From: Burkholderiales bacterium
GTDB lineage: Bacteria; Pseudomonadota; Gammaproteobacteria; Burkholderiales; SG8-39
Assembly (NCBI GenBank): GCA_035273665.1
Contig: DATEOW010000006.1
Coordinates: 60,318 to 124,317, forward strand
Length of the DNA: 64,000 nucleotides
Direction of reading: 5' to 3'
Position numbers and translations under genes: made by a program. Shown piece by piece: positions 31,706-42,684 of the stretch. Under the pieces are notes generated by a model. That model was given only the letters and a program-made list of their open reading frames with translations. It did no database searches and was not told the origin of the DNA. The stretch's first letter is position 1; the number at the start of each line of letters is the position of its first letter.

Positions 31706-33021
31706 GACGCAACCCGGTGTTCCTGCTTTAAAACCCGGCTTGCCGGGAAGACAAGCGAGAAAACGCTACCCTGGCCAACCTCACTCTCGACTTCCAGCCG
31801 GGCCTGATGTCGAGTCAACACATGCTTCACGATGGCCAAGCCTAGGCCAGTGCCGCCAGTCTCACGCGATCTGCTCGTGTCGACACGATAGAAACGTTCG
31901 GTCAGCCGGGGAATATGGCGACTCTCGATGCCGATGCCGGTATCCGAGACGCGAAGCCGACATTCACCCTCCATGACATCCCAAGCGAGGGTGATTCGCC
32001 CCCCGTGCGGTGTATAGCGCACTGCATTCGTTACCAAGTTGCCCACGGCGCTGGCAATTTCGCTTTCGTCCCCGTACAGAAATATCGGAGGCCCGTTCTC
32101 CAATACCACCGCATGCCGGCCGGCAGACAGAGCTTTGGCATTTTCGTGCACGCTACGCATGAGTTCGTTCAGATCGATGTCAGTTTCATTCGCGGGCATG
32201 CTGCTTGACTCAAGCGCCGAGAGTTTGAGCAGATATTCAATCAGATGGAGCATGCGATCGGTCTGTGTCCGCATGAGTTGCAGCGCTTGGTGACCCCGCG
32301 GTTCATCCAGCTTTACTGCGCCATCGGCGATGGTTTCGAGAAAACCGCTCACGACGGTAAGTGGCGTCTTGAGTTCGTGCGAGACATTCGCGACAAAATC
32401 GCGCCGCATGATCTCCAATTTTTCCGCTTGCGTGACATCTCGCGACAGCAGCAGCTTTTCCTCGTGGCCATAAGGCACGACACGCATAGACAAAACAAGC
32501 TCTGTGCCGCGGCTCAATCGCAGCGTAAGCGGCTCCTCGTAATGGCGGTTTTTCAGATATGCGGCGAATTCCGGATTACGCACCAAATTGAGAATCGGCT
32601 GGCCGATATCTTTTTTCGCTTCCAACGCGAACCAACGCTCCGCCATGGCATTGCACCAGACGATATGGTCCTCAGCATTCAAAATGATCACGCCGTCCGG
32701 CATAGCCTGGCCGGCACTGCGGAAACGGGCCAATTGCCCCGTCAAGCGATGTTGTTGTTGTTGAGCAATCCTCACTGTGCGGTAGAGCCCGGCAAAGGTT
32801 TGCTCCCATATACCGGTACCGAGCGGAACCGTCTGATGGATGGGATCGCGCAACCAATGGGACAGCGCGCGCAGATTTCGCAGATTGCTAACGAGCGCCC
32901 ACGTAAGGCCGACAATCACGGCGACCAGCGCCCATTCCCCACCCAAAAACGGCCACAGGATCAAGCCGGCGACGCAGGCCAGCAAGGGGATCGACAGAGA
33001 ACTTAACCAGGCGAATTTCAA
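31702..33021 (-). CDS. phoR: phosphate regulon sensor histidine kinase PhoR
   Basis: Two N-terminal TM segments, a PAS domain, the H-box (FVANVSHELKTPLT), the N box (NLVTNAVRYT) and G boxes (DTGIGI, GGTGLGLAIV). It lies downstream of phoB. Confidence 0.9.
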   Translation of the reverse strand: MKFAWLSSLSIPLLACVAGLILWPFLGGEWALVAVIVGLTWALVSNLRNLRALSHWLRDPIHQTVPLGTGIWEQTFAGLYRTVRIAQQQQHRLTGQLARFRSAGQAMPDGVIILNAEDHIVWCNAMAERWFALEAKKDIGQPILNLVRNPEFAAYLKNRHYEEPLTLRLSRGTELVLSMRVVPYGHEEKLLLSRDVTQAEKLEIMRRDFVANVSHELKTPLTVVSGFLETIADGAVKLDEPRGHQALQLMRTQTDRMLHLIEYLLKLSALESSSMPANETDIDLNELMRSVHENAKALSAGRHAVVLENGPPIFLYGDESEIASAVGNLVTNAVRYTPHGGRITLAWDVMEGECRLRVSDTGIGIESRHIPRLTERFYRVDTSRSRETGGTGLGLAIVKHVLTRHQARLEVESEVGQGSVFSLVFPASRVLKQEHRVAS

Positions 33022-33100
33022 AACGTAGGATCGGTGGAGACACGCGCGACGCTGCGCGCGGTGCGAACCTTAGCAGAAAGCGGCGCGAAAACGCCGCCAA

Positions 33101-33787
33101 TCAAGCGGCGGCGACCCGGTAACCGCTGCCGCGCACGGTTTCGATTAGCGCATCGTGCGCGGTCGGCTCGAGCGCCTTGCGCAGACGCCGGATGTGTACG
33201 TCAACCGTGCGCTCTTCAACGAACACATGATCGCCCCACACCTGATCGAGCAATTGCCTTCGGCTATGCACGCGTTCGGGATGTGCCATGAGGAAGTGCA
33301 ACAACCGAAATTCGGTCGGCCCCAAGTCGATATGACGCCCTCCGCCGGATACGCGATGGGTGGCAGGTTCGAGACGCAGCCCCCCAATATCGATCGCCTC
33401 GTCGGTCAATTGCGGTGCGCGTCGGCGCAGAACCGCCTTGATTCTGGCCAGCAACTCGCGCGGGCTGAATGGCTTGGTCATATAGTCGTCGGCGCCCGAT
33501 TCCAGGCCGGCAACCTTGTCTTGTTCCTGTCCACGTGCCGTCAGCATGATGATCGGAATGCGCTTTGTCCGATCGTCCTGCCTTAATGAACGCGCAAAGC
33601 TGAGGCCCGACTGGCCAGGAAGCATCCAATCGAGCAGTACGAGGTCCGGCAAGGCATGGCGCAAAAGTTGGGACGCTTGTTCAGCATCCTTCGCCCGCAT
33701 GACATGATGGCCGGCGTGCTCTAAATTCATGGCGAGCAGCTCCTGAATCGCCGCTTCGTCCTCGACTACCAAAATGTTCGCAGGCAT
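33101..33787 (-). CDS. phoB: phosphate regulon response regulator PhoB (OmpR family)
   Basis: A REC domain (ILVVEDE..DLVLLDWMLPG) and a winged-helix domain (RTVDVHIRRLRKAL). It is paired with phoR. Confidence 0.92.
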   Translation of the reverse strand: MPANILVVEDEAAIQELLAMNLEHAGHHVMRAKDAEQASQLLRHALPDLVLLDWMLPGQSGLSFARSLRQDDRTKRIPIIMLTARGQEQDKVAGLESGADDYMTKPFSPRELLARIKAVLRRRAPQLTDEAIDIGGLRLEPATHRVSGGGRHIDLGPTEFRLLHFLMAHPERVHSRRQLLDQVWGDHVFVEERTVDVHIRRLRKALEPTAHDALIETVRGSGYRVAAA

Positions 33788-33831
33788 GGCATACGCCCTT
33801 CATTGGGATGTAGCCATTTTATGGCAGCCCG

Positions 33832-33849
33832 ATGACCGTTTTGTTACAA
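33832..33849 (-). promoter_or_regulatory. Pho box (PhoB binding site) in the phoB promoter
   Basis: On the minus strand, TTGTAACAAAACGGTCAT matches 14 of 18 positions of CTGTCATAAAACTGTCAT. It consists of two 7-nt repeats with a 4-nt A-rich spacer. It lies exactly 10 nt upstream of a TAAAAT -10 hexamer (33816-33821), and a GAAGGG SD precedes ATG 33787. Confidence 0.6.
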
Positions 33850-33921
33850 AAAACGAGTCAGAAGGCCGCTAGCGAACTATCATTAAGTCCCTCAGTTTGC
33901 GCTATTTCATATCGATCTCTT

Positions 33922-34356
33922 ATGTCCGCCCCGCCCTCCGCGCTGTTGCACGACACCCCCACCCCTACCGATATTCGCCTCCATACCGCATCCCGGAAAA
34001 TGGAACTGGTTTATGCGGATGGCCGTTGCTTCCAATTGAGCTTCGAATTCCTCCGCGTCTATAGCCCCTCCGCTGAAGTACAAGGCCACGGCCCCGGGCA
34101 GGAGAAACTGGAACTCGGGAAAGAGAATGTGAATATCGTTGCTTTGGAACCGGTCGGCACATACGGCGTTCAGCCGCGCTTTTCCGATGGGCACGATACG
34201 GGCATCTATTCGTGGCAATACCTCTATGAATTGGGACTCAACCACGACCGACTATGGGCGGAATACCTCGAAAAAGTACGGGCTGCGGGCGACCCCTTGC
34301 AAAGCCCGCATGGGGGCCCAGGCGGCTGTGGTACCGGCGGCTGTGGCGGTCATTGA
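33922..34356 (+). CDS. DUF971 (gamma-butyrobetaine hydroxylase-like N-terminal domain) protein
   Basis: Motifs [15 protein letters not shown] and [20 protein letters not shown], with a Gly/Cys-rich tail. Start is taken at ATG 33922, because the ORF-track start at 33832 lies inside the Pho box. Confidence 0.75.
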   Translation: MSAPPSALLHDTPTPTDIRLHTASRKMELVYADGRCFQLSFEFLRVYSPSAEVQGHGPGQEKLELGKENVNIVALEPVGTYGVQPRFSDGHDTGIYSWQYLYELGLNHDRLWAEYLEKVRAAGDPLQSPHGGPGGCGTGGCGGH

Positions 34357-34366
34357 TGGGCACTCG

Positions 34367-35098
34367 ATGAAAGAAACTCACTTCGGGTTCGAGAAGGTTC
34401 CGGAGCAGGACAAGGCGCCGAAAGTCGCCGGGGTCTTCCATTCCGTCGCTAACCAATACGATTTGATGAACGATCTGATGTCCGTCGGCATGCATCGCCT
34501 ATGGAAGATGTTCGCCATTTCCCAAAGCGGTGTTCGCGAGGGCAGCCGCATTCTCGATGTTGCAGGCGGCTCGGGCGACCTCACCCGCGCTTTTCTGAAA
34601 CGCGCGGGGCGAACCGGCCAAGTGTGGCTAACCGATATCAACGCATCCATGCTCAAGGTCGGCCGCGATCGGCTTTTGGATTCCGGCGCGTTGATTCCCG
34701 CCGCGCAATGCGATGCGGAGAAGCTGCCCTTTCCGACCGACTATTTCGATTGCGTAAGCGTCGCGTTCGGGCTACGCAACATGACTCACAAAGACACCGC
34801 TTTGGCGGAAATGCAACGGGTGCTCAAACCCGGGGGCCGACTCTTGGTGCTCGAGTTTTCCAAGGTATGGAAGCCGCTTGAAAAAGTCTACGACTGGTAT
34901 TCCTTCAACGTGCTGCCTTGGCTCGGCAAACGGATTGCAAAGGATGAGGCGAGCTATCGATATTTAGCCGAATCGATCCGGATGCATCCTGATCAGGAAA
35001 GTTTGCGCGGCATGATGGAACAAGCCGGTTTGAGCAACGTCGAATACTTCAACCTCAGTGCCGGCGTCGTCGCCTTGCACCGCGGCGTGAAAATCTAA
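34367..35098 (+). CDS. ubiE: ubiquinone/menaquinone biosynthesis C-methyltransferase UbiE
   Basis: [16 protein letters not shown]...[17 protein letters not shown] and the SAM motif LDVAGGSGD. Start is at ATG 34367. Confidence 0.93.
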   Translation: MKETHFGFEKVPEQDKAPKVAGVFHSVANQYDLMNDLMSVGMHRLWKMFAISQSGVREGSRILDVAGGSGDLTRAFLKRAGRTGQVWLTDINASMLKVGRDRLLDSGALIPAAQCDAEKLPFPTDYFDCVSVAFGLRNMTHKDTALAEMQRVLKPGGRLLVLEFSKVWKPLEKVYDWYSFNVLPWLGKRIAKDEASYRYLAESIRMHPDQESLRGMMEQAGLSNVEYFNLSAGVVALHRGVKI

Positions 35099-35111
35099 TA
35101 GAGGAACGAAA

Positions 35112-35993
35112 ATGAAGCATTGGCTCATCGTACTGATCGGCGCATGTTTGGGCATGGGCCTCGTGATTGAGGATGTTGAAGCCAGACGGCTGGGGGGCGG
35201 GAAATCCTTGGGCTCACAGCGTCAGATTGCACCGAGACAGCCGGCTGCCACGCCCGCAAAACCAGCCCAACAGAACGATGCCGCCGCTCCTCGACAGGGC
35301 GCCCCCGCGCCCGCAGCGTCGGGTGGGATGAGCCGATGGCTGGCGCCGCTGGCCGGGCTTGCCATCGGACTCGGCTTGGCTTCGCTTTTCGGTGAAGAAA
35401 TGGGCTCACTCATCCTCGTGGCGCTCATTGCCCTAGCCGTGATTCTGGTGTTGCGCATGCTGATGCGAGGCCGTCGCGCTGAACCCGCGCGCCCGCTACA
35501 GACAGCCCAGGGAATGCAATATCAACAATACGGCCGCGAAACAGAGGTGGCGCCCCCTCCGTCACAAGCGACGCCGGTCCATGCAACCCGGCCCGACAGC
35601 CAAGCGCATTTCACCCCGGCCGTTCCCGCTGATTTCGACGTGGACGCCTTTCTGGCGCAGGCCAAGCGTAATTTTCTGGCCTTGCAATCGGCCAACGACC
35701 GCGGCGATCTTCACAGTCTTCGCGAAATGATGAGCGATGAGTTGTACGAAAATATCAAAGACGATATCGACGCGCGCGGCGCGGCTCAGCAAACGGATGT
35801 CGTGACGCTCGAAGCACAATTGCTCGAAGTCATTACCGAAAAAGACATGCACTGGGCGAGCATCCGATTCTCCGGGATGTTGCGGGAAGAGCTCAACGGC
35901 ACCGCGACCCGCTTCGAAGAGGTTTGGAATTTACATAAACCCGTTCAGGGCAACAGCGGTTGGGTGCTTGCCGGTATTCAGCAGGTGGCTTGA
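35112..35993 (+). CDS. Tim44-like domain-containing membrane protein
   Basis: An N-terminal signal/TM segment, a low-complexity A/P/Q linker, a TM segment, and a C-terminal Tim44-like domain (FLAQAKRNFLALQSANDRGDL...). It sits in the conserved slot between ubiE and ubiJ. Confidence 0.75.
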   Translation: MKHWLIVLIGACLGMGLVIEDVEARRLGGGKSLGSQRQIAPRQPAATPAKPAQQNDAAAPRQGAPAPAASGGMSRWLAPLAGLAIGLGLASLFGEEMGSLILVALIALAVILVLRMLMRGRRAEPARPLQTAQGMQYQQYGRETEVAPPPSQATPVHATRPDSQAHFTPAVPADFDVDAFLAQAKRNFLALQSANDRGDLHSLREMMSDELYENIKDDIDARGAAQQTDVVTLEAQLLEVITEKDMHWASIRFSGMLREELNGTATRFEEVWNLHKPVQGNSGWVLAGIQQVA

Positions 35994-35999
35994 GGATCG

Positions 36000-36590
36000 A
36001 TGATTGACCAACCTGTCATCGCGTTTATTAACCATGTGCTCGGCCAGGAGGCCTGGGCGCGAGTCCGACTCCAGGGATTCAGCGGCAAACGCATTCACGT
36101 CCGAGCCGGGTTGATTGATGCTTATTGGTTGATCGACGAACAAGGTTTTTGTAAAGCAGACAAAGCGAGCGGCACGCCGGCTGATCTGAGCCTACAAGTC
36201 CCAGCGACGGCATGGCTAGGATTGATGCAACGAGACCCGGGCGCCTTGAAAGCAGTGCAAATCGGTGGGGACACCGATCTGGCTGAAGCGATTCAATTCA
36301 TTTTCCTCAACATCCGATGGGATGTTGAGGAAGACCTCTCCCGTATTGTGGGCGACATTGCCGCGCATCGGCTCGTGAGCGGCGGTCGCGCCTTCATCGA
36401 TTGGCAACGGGACGCGGCGCAACGCTTTGGAGAAAATTTTGCCGAATATTGGCGCGAAGAGGCGGGCTTGCTTGCCACGCGCGGCGAGATCAATCGTTAC
36501 GTCGCTGAAGTGGAGGAATTGCGCGACGCCGTAGCCCGATTGGAAAAACGCATGGATGGGCTCTATGCAGAGCCACCGACGCCCCCTTAA
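36000..36590 (+). CDS. ubiJ: ubiquinone biosynthesis accessory factor UbiJ (SCP2 domain)
   Basis: 196 aa in the position between ubiE and ubiB, with SCP2-like features and a C-terminal coiled coil (VEELRDAVARLEKR). Confidence 0.75.
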   Translation: MIDQPVIAFINHVLGQEAWARVRLQGFSGKRIHVRAGLIDAYWLIDEQGFCKADKASGTPADLSLQVPATAWLGLMQRDPGALKAVQIGGDTDLAEAIQFIFLNIRWDVEEDLSRIVGDIAAHRLVSGGRAFIDWQRDAAQRFGENFAEYWREEAGLLATRGEINRYVAEVEELRDAVARLEKRMDGLYAEPPTPP

Positions 36591-36665
36591 TTAGCCTCTT
36601 ATCCTCCTTTACCCGCCGAGTGACCTTCGGGTAGATTCCCTTCTTTCTTCCCGAGCTCCCACAGC

Positions 36666-38198
36666 GTGTTCCGTTTCTTCCGCCTGGTCACCATTTTCGC
36701 TGTGGCGTTCCGCTATGGGTTGGAGGAGTTTCCTCTAGCGGTGACACCCAACGGCCGTTTGCGGGGCATCGTTCAACGACTGCTCTTTTTTCGCAAGTTG
36801 GATCACGGCCGCGGGGTTCGACTGCGTCTCGCCCTGGAAACCTTGGGGCCGATTTTTGTCAAGTTCGGACAAGTCCTTTCAACGCGCCGCGACCTGCTGC
36901 CGGCCGATATCGCTAATGAACTCGCGAAGCTCCAGGATCAGGTCCCTCCCTTCGATTCGGCTCTGGCGATCGCGGAGGTAGAACGCGCTTTCGGACTCCC
37001 GATCGCGCAGGTGTTCGCGCGCTTCGATCCGCTCCCCATTGCAAGCGCCTCCATCGCGCAAGTGCATTGGGCGGAATTGCATGATGGAACGCAAGCCGCG
37101 GTAAAAATATTGCGGCCTAATATGTTGCCGGTGATTGCACGCGACTTGGCTTTGATGGATGCGGCGGCCGGCATGGTCGAACGGCTTTGGTCACAAGGCC
37201 CACGACTCAAGCCGCGCGCGGTCGTCGCCGAGTTCGCAAAACATCTTTACGACGAACTCGATTTAATGCGCGAAGCCGCGAACGCGAGCCAATTGCGACG
37301 GAATTTCATCGATTCGCCGCTTATGCTCGTTCCCGAAATCTACTGGGACTATTGCATGCCGACGGTAATGACCATGGAGCGCATGCATGGGATACCCATC
37401 AGCCACGTGGCTCAACTTCAGGCGCAAGGCGTCGACATCAAAAAGCTGTCACGAGCAGGCGTGGAGATTTTTTTCACCCAGGTGTTTCGCGACAGCTTCT
37501 TCCACGCAGACATGCATCCCGGCAATATTTTTGTGACGCCGGAGGGTAAATATGTGGCGCTGGATTTCGGCATCATGGGCACGCTCAACGATGCCGACAA
37601 GAATTATCTCGCTCAGAATTTTCTCGCTTTTTTCAAGCGCGACTATAAACGCGTTGCCCAAGCCCATGTGGATGCGGGCTGGGTGCCGCCGGGTACGCGC
37701 GTTGATGAGTTTGAGGGTGCCATCCGCGCCGTCTGCGAACCGATTTTCGATCGCCCACTGAAAGAGATTTCTTTTGGGCGCGTGCTTTTACGGCTTTTCC
37801 AGACAGCAGCGCGTTTCAATATGGAAGTGCAACCTCAGCTCGTGTTGCTGCAGAAAACCTTGCTGAATATTGAAGGGCTCGGTCGCCAACTCGATCCGGA
37901 TTTGGATTTGTGGACCACGGCGAAACCTTTTCTCGAGCGCTGGATGAGCGAGCAAGTCGGTTGGCGAGGCCTGATCCGTAGTCTACAAAACGAATCGCCG
38001 AATTGGGCGCTGCTACTCCCACAATTGCCCCGCCTTCTTCACGAGGCGCTGCAACGGAAACCTTCGGCGCATCTGATCGCGCTCGAAGCGCTAAGACTCG
38101 AAGAACAACGCAGGAACACATTATTACAACGGATTCTGTATGGCGGCGCCGGTGTGCTGATGGGAATCTTGTTGATGCTCCTGCTCAGGCAATGGTAG
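36666..38198 (+). CDS. ubiB: ubiquinone biosynthesis regulatory protein kinase UbiB
   Basis: ABC1/UbiB kinase-like motifs [27 protein letters not shown] and [10 protein letters not shown], with C-terminal TM segments. Confidence 0.93.
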   Translation: MFRFFRLVTIFAVAFRYGLEEFPLAVTPNGRLRGIVQRLLFFRKLDHGRGVRLRLALETLGPIFVKFGQVLSTRRDLLPADIANELAKLQDQVPPFDSALAIAEVERAFGLPIAQVFARFDPLPIASASIAQVHWAELHDGTQAAVKILRPNMLPVIARDLALMDAAAGMVERLWSQGPRLKPRAVVAEFAKHLYDELDLMREAANASQLRRNFIDSPLMLVPEIYWDYCMPTVMTMERMHGIPISHVAQLQAQGVDIKKLSRAGVEIFFTQVFRDSFFHADMHPGNIFVTPEGKYVALDFGIMGTLNDADKNYLAQNFLAFFKRDYKRVAQAHVDAGWVPPGTRVDEFEGAIRAVCEPIFDRPLKEISFGRVLLRLFQTAARFNMEVQPQLVLLQKTLLNIEGLGRQLDPDLDLWTTAKPFLERWMSEQVGWRGLIRSLQNESPNWALLLPQLPRLLHEALQRKPSAHLIALEALRLEEQRRNTLLQRILYGGAGVLMGILLMLLLRQW

Positions 38199-38251
38199 CG
38201 TTGCGGCTGCAAGCCAAAGCCATATAACAAGTTGTCGCAGGGGAGTGTCAA

Positions 38252-39700
38252 ATGCTGCTGACTCTGGTCATCGCCTATCTGCTCGTCACCATTGCCATTG
38301 GGCTGTGGGCTGCGACGCGCGTCAAGAATACCGCTGACTTCGCCATCGCCGGCCGGCACCTGCCGCTTTACATGATCATCACCACGACCTTCGCGACGTG
38401 GTTCGGCTCGGAGGTGGTGCTGGGCATTCCTTCCACCTTCGTCGAAGAGGGACTTAACGGCATCGTCGAAGATCCTTTCGGCGCCGGGACTTGTCTGATT
38501 CTGGTCGGTCTGTTCTTCGCGGCGAAGCTGTACAAGATGACATTGTTGACGATCAACGACTATTACCGCGAACGCTACGGCCGCGTGGTGGAAGCTACCT
38601 GCTCGCTCATCATCATCCTGAGTTATTTGGGCTGGGTGGCGGCGCAAGTCACGGCGCTCGGACTGGTATTCAACGTCCTGTCCGAGGGAGCGATCAGCGA
38701 AGAGGCGGGTATGATCATCGGGACCGTCTCCATCCTCGCCTATACGCTGTTCGGTGGCATGTGGTCGGTGGCAGTCACCGATTTCATCCAAATGATCATC
38801 CTGGTCATCGGCCTCAGCATCATCGCGGTGGTGGCTGGCGACATGGCGGGGGGCGCGGACAAAGTCATCGAGCTTGCGCAAAGCAAGGAGCTGTTCCACT
38901 TCCTGCCCGAAGCATCCTTCCACGACATCGCGTTCTTCATCGCTGCGGGCATCACGATGATGCTCGGCTCCATTCCGCAACAGGACGTGTTTCAGCGCGT
39001 CATGTCGGCCAACAATGTAAAGGCGGCGACACGCGGACCGGTCATCGGCGGCATTGCCTACATTCTCTTTGCCTCCGTCCCGATGTTCATCATGGTCAGC
39101 GCCTTGATCATCATGCCCGAGCGCACGGCGGAGATTCTTGCGGAGGATTCTCAAAAAGTGCTGCCGCTGTTGGTGATGGAGAAAATGCCCTTCGTCATGC
39201 AGGTCATCTTCTTCGGCGCGCTGCTGTCCGCGCTCAAATCCACGGCTTCGGCGACGTTGCTCGCGCCCTCCGTCACTTTCGTCGAAAACATCTGGCGCCA
39301 GTTCTTCCCGCGCCGGAGCGATAAACGCGAGCTTTGGACCATGCGCATCGCCGTGCTCGTTTTCAGCGCCTGCGTCTGCGCCTACGCGATTTACTTTAAG
39401 GACAAACGTATCTACGAACTGGTGTCGGACGCCTATCAGGTCACGCTCGTGGGTGCCTTCGTTCCCTTGGTATTCGGGCTGTACTGGAAACGCGCCACGA
39501 CACAAGGGGCGATTTTCTCCATCGTCCTTGGAATCGTCTCCTGGCTCTTGCTGCTGTATACCCCGGGCGGCGAACACTTCCCGCCGCAGTTGGCGGGCCT
39601 GATCATGGCGCTCGTCGGCATGCTGTTAGGATCGCTCGCTCCCCAGGCACTGCGTAACCGCCACGGCGCGCACCACCACATCGTCGGCATCCACGAATGA
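38252..39700 (+). CDS. sodium:solute symporter (SSS) family transporter
   Basis: 482 aa with about 13 TM segments and an SSS-like N-terminus (FAIAGRHLPLYMIITTTFATWFGSE). The substrate cannot be called. Confidence 0.8.
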   Translation: MLLTLVIAYLLVTIAIGLWAATRVKNTADFAIAGRHLPLYMIITTTFATWFGSEVVLGIPSTFVEEGLNGIVEDPFGAGTCLILVGLFFAAKLYKMTLLTINDYYRERYGRVVEATCSLIIILSYLGWVAAQVTALGLVFNVLSEGAISEEAGMIIGTVSILAYTLFGGMWSVAVTDFIQMIILVIGLSIIAVVAGDMAGGADKVIELAQSKELFHFLPEASFHDIAFFIAAGITMMLGSIPQQDVFQRVMSANNVKAATRGPVIGGIAYILFASVPMFIMVSALIIMPERTAEILAEDSQKVLPLLVMEKMPFVMQVIFFGALLSALKSTASATLLAPSVTFVENIWRQFFPRRSDKRELWTMRIAVLVFSACVCAYAIYFKDKRIYELVSDAYQVTLVGAFVPLVFGLYWKRATTQGAIFSIVLGIVSWLLLLYTPGGEHFPPQLAGLIMALVGMLLGSLAPQALRNRHGAHHHIVGIHE

Positions 39701-39732
39701 ACGGCCTGTAGCGAGCGAGTCCCTGTGCGAGA

Positions 39733-40818
39733 ATGCGCGCGATGGATTCGCGCACCTCGCCGCTCGCCCGCTACCTTCTCGGTGCCTATGCGCTGCTGGT
39801 GGTCTACGCGAGCTTGCATCCGTTTCATGGTTGGCGCGATCAAGGCGTAGGGCCCTTTGATTTTCTTAACGCGCCGCTCATCCCGCGTTATTACACGGGC
39901 TTCGATCTCATCATCAACGCACTGGCATATCTGCCTTTTGGTGCGCTTATCGTTCTTGCCCTGTATCCGCGCGCGCGCGGATTATGGGCATCCTTGCTTG
40001 CTCTGTGCGGCGCAGCCACGCTCAGTTTCATGCTCGAAGCAACGCAAACTTTTTTACCGGCGCGCATTCCTTCGAGCCTCGACTGGTTACTGAATTGCGT
40101 CGGGGCAGCCCTCGGGGCGGGATTCGGAGTGGCGCTTGCACGCACCGTCGTCATGCAAGGCAAGTTGAGACGGTGGCGCGACGACTTGTTTGTTCCCGGC
40201 AAACATACGGATGTGGGCTTGGTCTTGCTGGCAGGGTGGTTACTTTCTCAGCTGAACCCGGAGACTCTTCTTTTCGGTAACGGCGACCTCCGCGAGCTAT
40301 TCGAGTCCACACCGAAATTGCTTTATCCCGCCGCGATGTTTGTGCGCGTCGAAGCGATTGTCACGGCCGCGCAAATCATCGCGCTCGCACTGCTGGTGTC
40401 TCTGTATCTCAATGACCGCGGACCGAGACGACGCATTTTTCTTATTCTGCTTTTAAGCGGCTGCATCGTACGGACGCTGGCATTTGCGTTGTTGTTCAAA
40501 GTTCAGGCGGGATTGGATTGGCTGACGCCCGGTGCCGCCATTGGCCTGATCGTCGGCACCTTGGCCGCAATGGGCGCGCTGGCGCTGTCCCGCCGGGCAA
40601 GTGTGGCGCTTTGCGGCACCCTTTTGATGGCTGCCACGGCCCTTGTGAATCTCGCGCCCGACAATCCATATCTCCTCAGTTCCCTGCAGGAATGGCGGCA
40701 GGGCCATTTTTTGAATTTCAACGGCTTCACCAAACTCGTCTCGGTCGTGTGGCCCTTTGCAGTGATGGGTCATCTGCTTGTCCTACCGCGGTTGGCAAGA
40801 ACCCGGCATACGGATTAA
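39733..40818 (+). CDS. VanZ-like family membrane protein
   Basis: 361-aa polytopic protein. The N-terminal part resembles VanZ-like proteins (LLVVYASLHPFHGWRD, E..Q.FLP.R..S..D...N..GA). Confidence 0.55.
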   Translation: MRAMDSRTSPLARYLLGAYALLVVYASLHPFHGWRDQGVGPFDFLNAPLIPRYYTGFDLIINALAYLPFGALIVLALYPRARGLWASLLALCGAATLSFMLEATQTFLPARIPSSLDWLLNCVGAALGAGFGVALARTVVMQGKLRRWRDDLFVPGKHTDVGLVLLAGWLLSQLNPETLLFGNGDLRELFESTPKLLYPAAMFVRVEAIVTAAQIIALALLVSLYLNDRGPRRRIFLILLLSGCIVRTLAFALLFKVQAGLDWLTPGAAIGLIVGTLAAMGALALSRRASVALCGTLLMAATALVNLAPDNPYLLSSLQEWRQGHFLNFNGFTKLVSVVWPFAVMGHLLVLPRLARTRHTD

Positions 40819-40854
40819 TGCGAAGCCGGCAAGATCTCGCCTTATAATTTCGCG

Positions 40855-41163
40855 GTGAGCTATTTCGATAAACACGTCTTCTTTTGCTGCAATCAGCGCG
40901 ATGCGGGTGAGGCCTGCTGCAACAATCGCGGCGGGAGTGAAATGCGCGCATATGCGAAGGATCGGATCAAGGCGTTGAAGCTCGCCGGCAAGGGCAAAGT
41001 CCGCATTAACCAGGCCGGTTGTCTCGACCGCTGTGATGAAGGTCCGGTGCTGGTCGTCTATCCCGAAGAAGTCTGGTACACCTATGTGGATCGTCATGAC
41101 ATCGACGAGATCATTGAGGAACACCTGCGCCACGGCAAGATCGTAGAACGCCTGAAAATCTAA
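40855..41163 (+). CDS. thioredoxin-like [2Fe-2S] ferredoxin
   Basis: 102 aa with the Cys pattern HVFFCCNQR...CC...GCLDRCDEGPVLVVYPE, typical of this family. The start is GTG. Confidence 0.8.
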   Translation: MSYFDKHVFFCCNQRDAGEACCNNRGGSEMRAYAKDRIKALKLAGKGKVRINQAGCLDRCDEGPVLVVYPEEVWYTYVDRHDIDEIIEEHLRHGKIVERLKI

Positions 41164-41173
41164 GACAGGACTT

Positions 41174-41794
41174 ATGGCGACCGAACGCGTTTTCTTTAAC
41201 GGCGAAGCCGGCCAGATCGAAACCTTCATTGACGAGCCGTCGGAAACGACGCGAGGACTCGCTTTGATTTGTCACCCGCATCCCAAATACGGCGGCACGC
41301 CGGAGAACAAGATCGTGCAAACGCTGGCGAAAACTTTCGTCGAACTGGGTTATATCGCCGCACGACCGGCTTTTCGCGGCATTGGTCAGTCGCATGGTGA
41401 GTACGACAAAGGCGTCGGCGAAACCGAGGATATGGTGGATGTCGTCGCGCAGGCACAGGCCCGCTTCGGTGAAATACCACTCGTGCTGGCGGGTTTCTCC
41501 TTCGGCGGTTATGTTCAGACCAGGGTCGCAAAACAGGTCACCGCCCAACGCCTGGTCCTCGTCGCACCGGCATGCGGTTATATGAACGAAGACCGCGATT
41601 ACGACACTGAGACCGTGCCGGCTGACACCATCGTCATCCACGGCGAGAAAGACGAGACGGTGCCGTTGAAAAATGTGCTCGATTGGGCGAGACCACAAGA
41701 TCTGCCCATCATTGTCGTACCTAACGCGGATCATTTCTTTCATCACCGGCTGCATCTGATCAAAGCCCTAGTGAAGGGCGCATGGCGGCCTTAA
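41174..41794 (+). CDS. alpha/beta hydrolase fold protein
   Basis: 206 aa with HPHPKYGG, the nucleophile-elbow-like GFSFGG, and a C-terminal DH pair (NADHFF). Confidence 0.65.
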   Translation: MATERVFFNGEAGQIETFIDEPSETTRGLALICHPHPKYGGTPENKIVQTLAKTFVELGYIAARPAFRGIGQSHGEYDKGVGETEDMVDVVAQAQARFGEIPLVLAGFSFGGYVQTRVAKQVTAQRLVLVAPACGYMNEDRDYDTETVPADTIVIHGEKDETVPLKNVLDWARPQDLPIIVVPNADHFFHHRLHLIKALVKGAWRP

Positions 41795-42684
41795 GCGTTA
41801 GCGAACTGCGTAAGTCTTACGCCGGGCAGGAAGTCGTTGCCGGGTTGACTTTTGAAATTCAACCCGGCGAGTGTTTCGGCTTGCTCGGACCGAACGGCGC
41901 AGGCAAAACGACGACCCTCAAACTTTGTTTGGGATTGACCGCACCGGACAGCGGCCACATTGGCTTGCTCGGGCACGCGGTGCCGGCTCAAGCCCGTCTT
42001 GCGCGAATGCGCGTTGGTGTGGTCCCCCAGCTCGACAATCTGGACCCCGACTTTAGCGTGGAAGAAAATCTACGGGTGTACGGCCGATATTTCGGATTGA
42101 GCAATGGCGAAATCGGTGAGCGTATTCCGCCGCTCCTGGAATTTGCGGGACTAAGCGGACGCGCAAGCGAACGAATCCAAAATCTTTCCGGCGGCATGAA
42201 GCGGCGTTTGACGCTGGTACGCGGGCTTATCAACGACCCTGACATCATTTTTATGGACGAGCCGACCACTGGTCTCGATCCGCAGGCTCGCCATCTCATT
42301 TGGGAAAGGCTACGCAAGCTCCTGGCGCAAGGCAAAACCATTGTGCTCACAACGCACTTCATGGAAGAGGCCGAGCGGCTATGTTCCCGCCTCGCCGTAC
42401 TGGATCAAGGGCGCCTTGTCACAGAAGGCAGTCCACGCGATCTCATCGCTCAACACATCGAGCCGCATGTCGTCGAAGTGCACGGAGAAGGCTTGGATGA
42501 ATGGGCGGCCGGCGCGCAAGCCGAGCGTATCGAACGCAGCGGTGAAACCGTCTTTTGCTATGCGCGCGAAGTTGGCATGCTCCTACGCGATCTCGATCAA
42601 CGCCCTGCCTTGCGTTATCTGCATCGGCCGGCAAATCTCGAAGATGTTTTTCTTAAACTCACGGGGCGGGAGCTACGGGATTGA
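41782..42684 (+). CDS. ABC transporter ATP-binding protein (NodI/ABC-2 exporter type)
   Basis: Walker [10 protein letters not shown], signature LSGGMKRR and Walker [13 protein letters not shown]. Confidence 0.9.
   Translation: MAALSVSELRKSYAGQEVVAGLTFEIQPGECFGLLGPNGAGKTTTLKLCLGLTAPDSGHIGLLGHAVPAQARLARMRVGVVPQLDNLDPDFSVEENLRVYGRYFGLSNGEIGERIPPLLEFAGLSGRASERIQNLSGGMKRRLTLVRGLINDPDIIFMDEPTTGLDPQARHLIWERLRKLLAQGKTIVLTTHFMEEAERLCSRLAVLDQGRLVTEGSPRDLIAQHIEPHVVEVHGEGLDEWAAGAQAERIERSGETVFCYAREVGMLLRDLDQRPALRYLHRPANLEDVFLKLTGRELRD

Noticed and set aside
38039-39577. A 512-aa ORF on the minus strand, the third-longest ORF in the window.
   Set aside because: It lies entirely antisense to the SSS transporter gene, which has a clear multi-TM pattern. 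Its translation is rich in D, R, H, G and E, with no motif and no hydrophobic core. This is typical of a shadow ORF in GC-rich DNA.
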